Positions 60,748 to 64,000 of a stretch of 64,000 nt of DNA are shown here, piece after piece. The notes beneath the pieces are model-generated. The model did no database searches, was not told the origin of the DNA, and was given only the letters and a program-made list of their open reading frames with translations. The first letter of the stretch is position 1, and the number at the start of each line of letters is the position of its first letter. Position numbers and translations under genes: made by a program. This stretch comes from an uncultured Chlorobiota bacterium (GTDB taxonomy: Bacteria; Bacteroidota; Bacteroidia; Bacteroidales; JAADGE01): contig CAMZKL010000022.1 of assembly GCA_947311255.1 (NCBI GenBank), forward strand, positions 80,225 to 144,224, written 5' to 3'.

Positions 60748-60755
60748 CAAAAATA
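60748..60755 (-). promoter_or_regulatory. -7 box TATTTTTG for rpoD
   Basis: Exact TAnnTTTG match on the minus strand, about 56 nt upstream of ATG 60692. Confidence 0.45.
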
Positions 60756-60857
60756 AGGCTTTTTATTTTATAAATAACAAAAAATTAAATAATACTTAAT
60801 AATATTTTTAACTAACTATATATCAATAGTTTATATTTAATTATTAATAAAAATACT

Positions 60858-63623
60858 TTAGACAACAATATTAATCATCCTAGCAGGAACTACAATTACT
60901 TTTTTTAGATTAGCACTTTCTAATCTTTTTTTAGTTCTTTCATCAGCAAGTGCGATTTTTTCAATTTCATCTTTTTTCAAATCGGCAGGAACATCAATTG
61001 TAAATTTGGTTTTTCCGTTAAATGCAACAGGGTAAGTAATGGTGTCTTCTTTTAAAAATGCTTCATTAAATTCGGGAAATTTTGCATTTACAACACTACC
61101 CTCATTCCCAGACAATTGCCAAAGTTCTTCTGCGATATGTGGTGCAAATGGTGAAAGTGTAATAATAAAATTATTAAATACATCTTTATTATTGGACTTT
61201 AATTTTGTTAAGTCGTTTGCACATACCATAAATGCAGCTACAGAAGTGTTAAATGAAAAATTTTCGATATCTTCGCCAACTTTTTTAATTAAGGTATGGA
61301 TTACTTTTAGTTCTTCTTTGGTAGCTTCATCATTAGATAAATTTATTTTTCCATCATTATCAAAAAATAATTTCCAAAATTTTTGCAGAAATCTAGAAAC
61401 TCCTTCAATTCCATTCGTATTCCATGGTTTTGATTGTTCAATAGGGCCAAGGAACATTTCATATAATCTTAATGTATCTGCTCCGTATTCTTCAATAATA
61501 ATGTCAGGATTTACAACATTGTATTTTGATTTTGACATCTTTTCAATTGTATTTCCGCAATGGTATTTTCCATCATCTTCTAAAATAAATTCAGCATTAG
61601 CAAATTGGGGAAGCCAATTTTTAAAAGCTTCGATGTCTAAAATATCGTTATTTACAATATTAACATCAACATGAAGTTCTGTTGTATCGTATGCTTTTCT
61701 TAAATTGTATGAAACAAACTTATTTGTATCTTTAATTCTGTAAACAAAGTTAGAACGTCCTTGAATCATTCCTTGGTTAACAAGTTTTCTAAAAGGCTCA
61801 TCTTTAACTAAATATCCTAAGTCAAATAAAAATTTATTCCAAAAACGAGAATAAATTAAATGACCTACTGCGTGTTCTGTTCCTCCAATATATAGGTCAA
61901 CATCTTGCCAATATTCATTTGCTTCTTTTGAAACTAATTCTTTTTCATTTTGAGGATCCATATAACGCAAGTAATATGCAGATGAACCAGCAAACCCAGG
62001 CATTGTACTTAGCTCATAATTGTATTTTCCATCGTATAACCATTTTTTTGCTCTTCCCAAAGGTGGGTTTCCGTCTTCGGTTGGTTTATAGTCATCAATT
62101 TTTGGTAATGTGAGTGGAAGTTCATCTTCATTAAGCATTTTTGCAGTATTATTATCAAAATATACAGGAAAAGGTTCTCCCCAATATCTTTGTCGGCTAA
62201 AAATTGCATCACGCAATCTAAAATTCACTTTTCTGTAACCTAATTTTTGATTTTCAATTTCTTTAATCATTTTCTTAATAGCCTCTTTAACATCAAGTCC
62301 ATTAAGAATATCAGAATTTATTAATTTCCCAGATTTTGCATCATAAGATGCTTCTGAAATATCACCACCTTCAACCACAGGAATAATTTCAATATTAAAT
62401 TGTTTTGCAAAAGCATAATCTCTGCTATCGTGAGCAGGAACTGCCATAATTGCACCTGTTCCATAGCCTCCTAAAACATAGTCTGCAACCCAAACCGGAA
62501 TTTCCTTTTTTGTGAAAGGGTTTACAGCATAAGCACCTGTAAAAACACCTGTAATATTTTCGGCATCAGCCATTCTCTCTCTTTCTGTTCTGTTTTTTGC
62601 TTTTTCAACGTAAGCATCAACATCTTCACTGTTTTTAACTGTTGTAAGAATATCAACAAGCTCACTTTCGGGAGCGAGAACCATAAAAGTTGCACCGTAA
62701 ATTGTATCTGGGCGAGTTGTGAAAACTTGAATTTGTTTTTCAGAATCTTTAATAGGAAAAAGAACTTCTGCCCCCTCTGAACGACCAATCCAATTTTTTT
62801 GTATTTCTTTCAATGAATCTGACCATTCGAGTTTATCTAACCCAGCTAATAACCTTTGAGCATATGCAGAAATACGAAGTTGCCATTGCATCATATCTTT
62901 CTGAATTACAGGATGTCCGCCTCTTTCTGAAACTCCATCTTTTACTTCATCGTTTGCAAGAACAGTTCCTAATTTTGCACACCAATTAACTTTTGTATTT
63001 GATCGATATGCAAGTCTGTAATTCATTAAAACATCTTCTTTTTCATCTTTTTCTAAACCATTCCATACAGCAGCTGAAAATTTTGGAATTTCATTGCATG
63101 CTGCATTAACTTTTAAATTACCATTTTTAGAAAATTCTTCAATTAGTTTTTCAATTGGCTCTGCTTTTTGTGTTTCATTATTAAACCAATGCTTAAACAT
63201 TTTTATAAATGCCCACTGTGTCCATTTGTAGTACTTTGGATCTGAGGTTCTTAGTTCTCTTGTCCAATCGAATGAAAAACCAATTTTTGAAAGTTGTTCT
63301 TTATATCTTTTTAAATTTATTTCGGTAGTAATTGCAGGGTGTTGCCCAGTTTGTACTGCATATTGCTCTGCTGGTAAGCCAAAGGCATCAAAACCCATTG
63401 GGTGGAGAACATTGAAACCTTTAAGGCGTTTGTATCTACTATAAATATCAGAAGCAATATAACCTAGTGGATGCCCAACGTGCAAACCAGCACCTGATGG
63501 GTATGGAAACATATCCAAGACATAGAATTTTGGTTTAGATTTATCTTCTGTAACTTTATAAATATTAGATTTTTTCCAATTTTCTTGGTGTTTTTTTTCT
63601 ATTTCTGAGAATTTATATTCCAT
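60858..63623 (-). CDS. leuS: leucine--tRNA ligase
   Basis: 921 aa. HVGHPLGY (HIGH-type) and KMSKSKYN (KMSKS) motifs, plus the editing-domain insertion. Confidence 0.97.
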   Translation of the reverse strand: MEYKFSEIEKKHQENWKKSNIYKVTEDKSKPKFYVLDMFPYPSGAGLHVGHPLGYIASDIYSRYKRLKGFNVLHPMGFDAFGLPAEQYAVQTGQHPAITTEINLKRYKEQLSKIGFSFDWTRELRTSDPKYYKWTQWAFIKMFKHWFNNETQKAEPIEKLIEEFSKNGNLKVNAACNEIPKFSAAVWNGLEKDEKEDVLMNYRLAYRSNTKVNWCAKLGTVLANDEVKDGVSERGGHPVIQKDMMQWQLRISAYAQRLLAGLDKLEWSDSLKEIQKNWIGRSEGAEVLFPIKDSEKQIQVFTTRPDTIYGATFMVLAPESELVDILTTVKNSEDVDAYVEKAKNRTERERMADAENITGVFTGAYAVNPFTKKEIPVWVADYVLGGYGTGAIMAVPAHDSRDYAFAKQFNIEIIPVVEGGDISEASYDAKSGKLINSDILNGLDVKEAIKKMIKEIENQKLGYRKVNFRLRDAIFSRQRYWGEPFPVYFDNNTAKMLNEDELPLTLPKIDDYKPTEDGNPPLGRAKKWLYDGKYNYELSTMPGFAGSSAYYLRYMDPQNEKELVSKEANEYWQDVDLYIGGTEHAVGHLIYSRFWNKFLFDLGYLVKDEPFRKLVNQGMIQGRSNFVYRIKDTNKFVSYNLRKAYDTTELHVDVNIVNNDILDIEAFKNWLPQFANAEFILEDDGKYHCGNTIEKMSKSKYNVVNPDIIIEEYGADTLRLYEMFLGPIEQSKPWNTNGIEGVSRFLQKFWKLFFDNDGKINLSNDEATKEELKVIHTLIKKVGEDIENFSFNTSVAAFMVCANDLTKLKSNNKDVFNNFIITLSPFAPHIAEELWQLSGNEGSVVNAKFPEFNEAFLKEDTITYPVAFNGKTKFTIDVPADLKKDEIEKIALADERTKKRLESANLKKVIVVPARMINIVV

Positions 63624-63725
63624 TTTAGTTATAGTTTCAATATTTTACAAGTTTGCAAAAGTAGTAAAAAACATTTTGATTTATTAATGCTATTAATTTT
63701 TGTTTGAATATATTGAAATCTTTTC

Positions 63726-63733
63726 TAATTTTG
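63726..63733 (+). promoter_or_regulatory. -7 box TAATTTTG for the tRNA gene
   Basis: Exact TAnnTTTG match 14 nt upstream of the mature tRNA 5' end. Confidence 0.5.
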
Positions 63734-63746
63734 CATCCCTGAATCA

Positions 63747-63823
63747 GGCCCCGTAGTTCAATTGGATAGAATGGCAGATTTCGGCTCTGTTGGTTGTGGG
63801 TTCGAGTCCCGCCGGGGTCACCA
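63747..63823 (+). tRNA. tRNA-Arg (anticodon TCG), CCA encoded
   Basis: Hand-folded cloverleaf. Acceptor GGCCCCG/CGGGGTC, D arm GTTC..GAAT, anticodon stem GCAGA/TCTGT with loop TT-TCG-GC, T arm GTGGG-TTCGAGT-CCCGC, discriminator A plus CCA; 77 nt. Confidence 0.88.
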
Positions 63824-63833
63824 AGTAATTTTT

Positions 63834-63875
63834 AAATGCTCTGTTAACTATAAGGTTAAGGAGCATTTTTATTTG
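63834..63875 (+). terminator. terminator hairpin after the tRNA
   Basis: AAATGCTC...GAGCATTT outer stem with inner TTAAC/GTTAA pairing, followed by TTTTATTT. Confidence 0.55.
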
Positions 63876-63952
63876 TGGGTACAAGAGCGAGTTTAAAAAA
63901 ATGAATGTACCATATTTTCAAAAAATATATTTGGATATTAAAAACATAGAAT

Positions 63953-63988
63953 AAAAAAAGCCTCACATTTTTGTAAGGCTTTATTTTT
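63953..63988. terminator. second, bidirectional-looking hairpin at the window edge
   Basis: AAGCCT-12 nt-AGGCTT with an A-run before and a T-run after. The gene it serves is outside the window or absent. Confidence 0.35.
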
Positions 63989-64000
63989 AAAGTGATCCCG

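Noticed and set aside
61039-61674. 211-aa plus-strand ORF
   Set aside because: It is antisense inside leuS and is a shadow ORF.

Overview
This is a strongly AT-rich chromosomal segment that looks Bacteroidota-like. The evidence is T9SS type A and type B C-terminal sorting domains, a short (~286 aa) primary sigma factor, and TAnnTTTG -7 boxes in front of many genes. Most of the window is housekeeping: cysS, folB, acpP-fabF-rnc-rnhB, gpmI, acpH, priA, groEL, sucD, pdxJ, mreD-mrdA-rodA, rpmH (missing from the ORF track), a four-gene 2-oxoacid:ferredoxin oxidoreductase operon, maeB, rpoD, leuS and a tRNA-Arg(TCG). I saw no transposase, integrase, CRISPR array, cas gene or recognisable defence gene. 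Three things stand out. (1) A ~165-173 nt non-coding leader occurs three times, plus one degenerate half copy. Two copies sit directly in front of unrelated envelope genes inside an ECF-sigma/anti-sigma/beta-barrel/T9SS/OmpA cluster. The third is an orphan that points antisense into another gene. (2) A dispersed SiaA/SiaB/SiaC-like Ser/Thr partner-switching set is present: one membrane PAS-PP2C phosphatase, one SiaB-like kinase and three DUF1987 paralogs. No diguanylate cyclase is in the window. One module is embedded in a lipid/glycan envelope-modification gene group (GT2-DUF2062, acyltransferase, ArnT-like GT39, CBS protein). (3) Several short structured or repeated intergenic elements occur. 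These include a 17-nt tandem array inside the oxidoreductase operon, a 14-bp-arm hairpin with a remote half-site, and a relic resembling the tRNA-Arg promoter and body. All alignments were done by eye and no database searches were possible.
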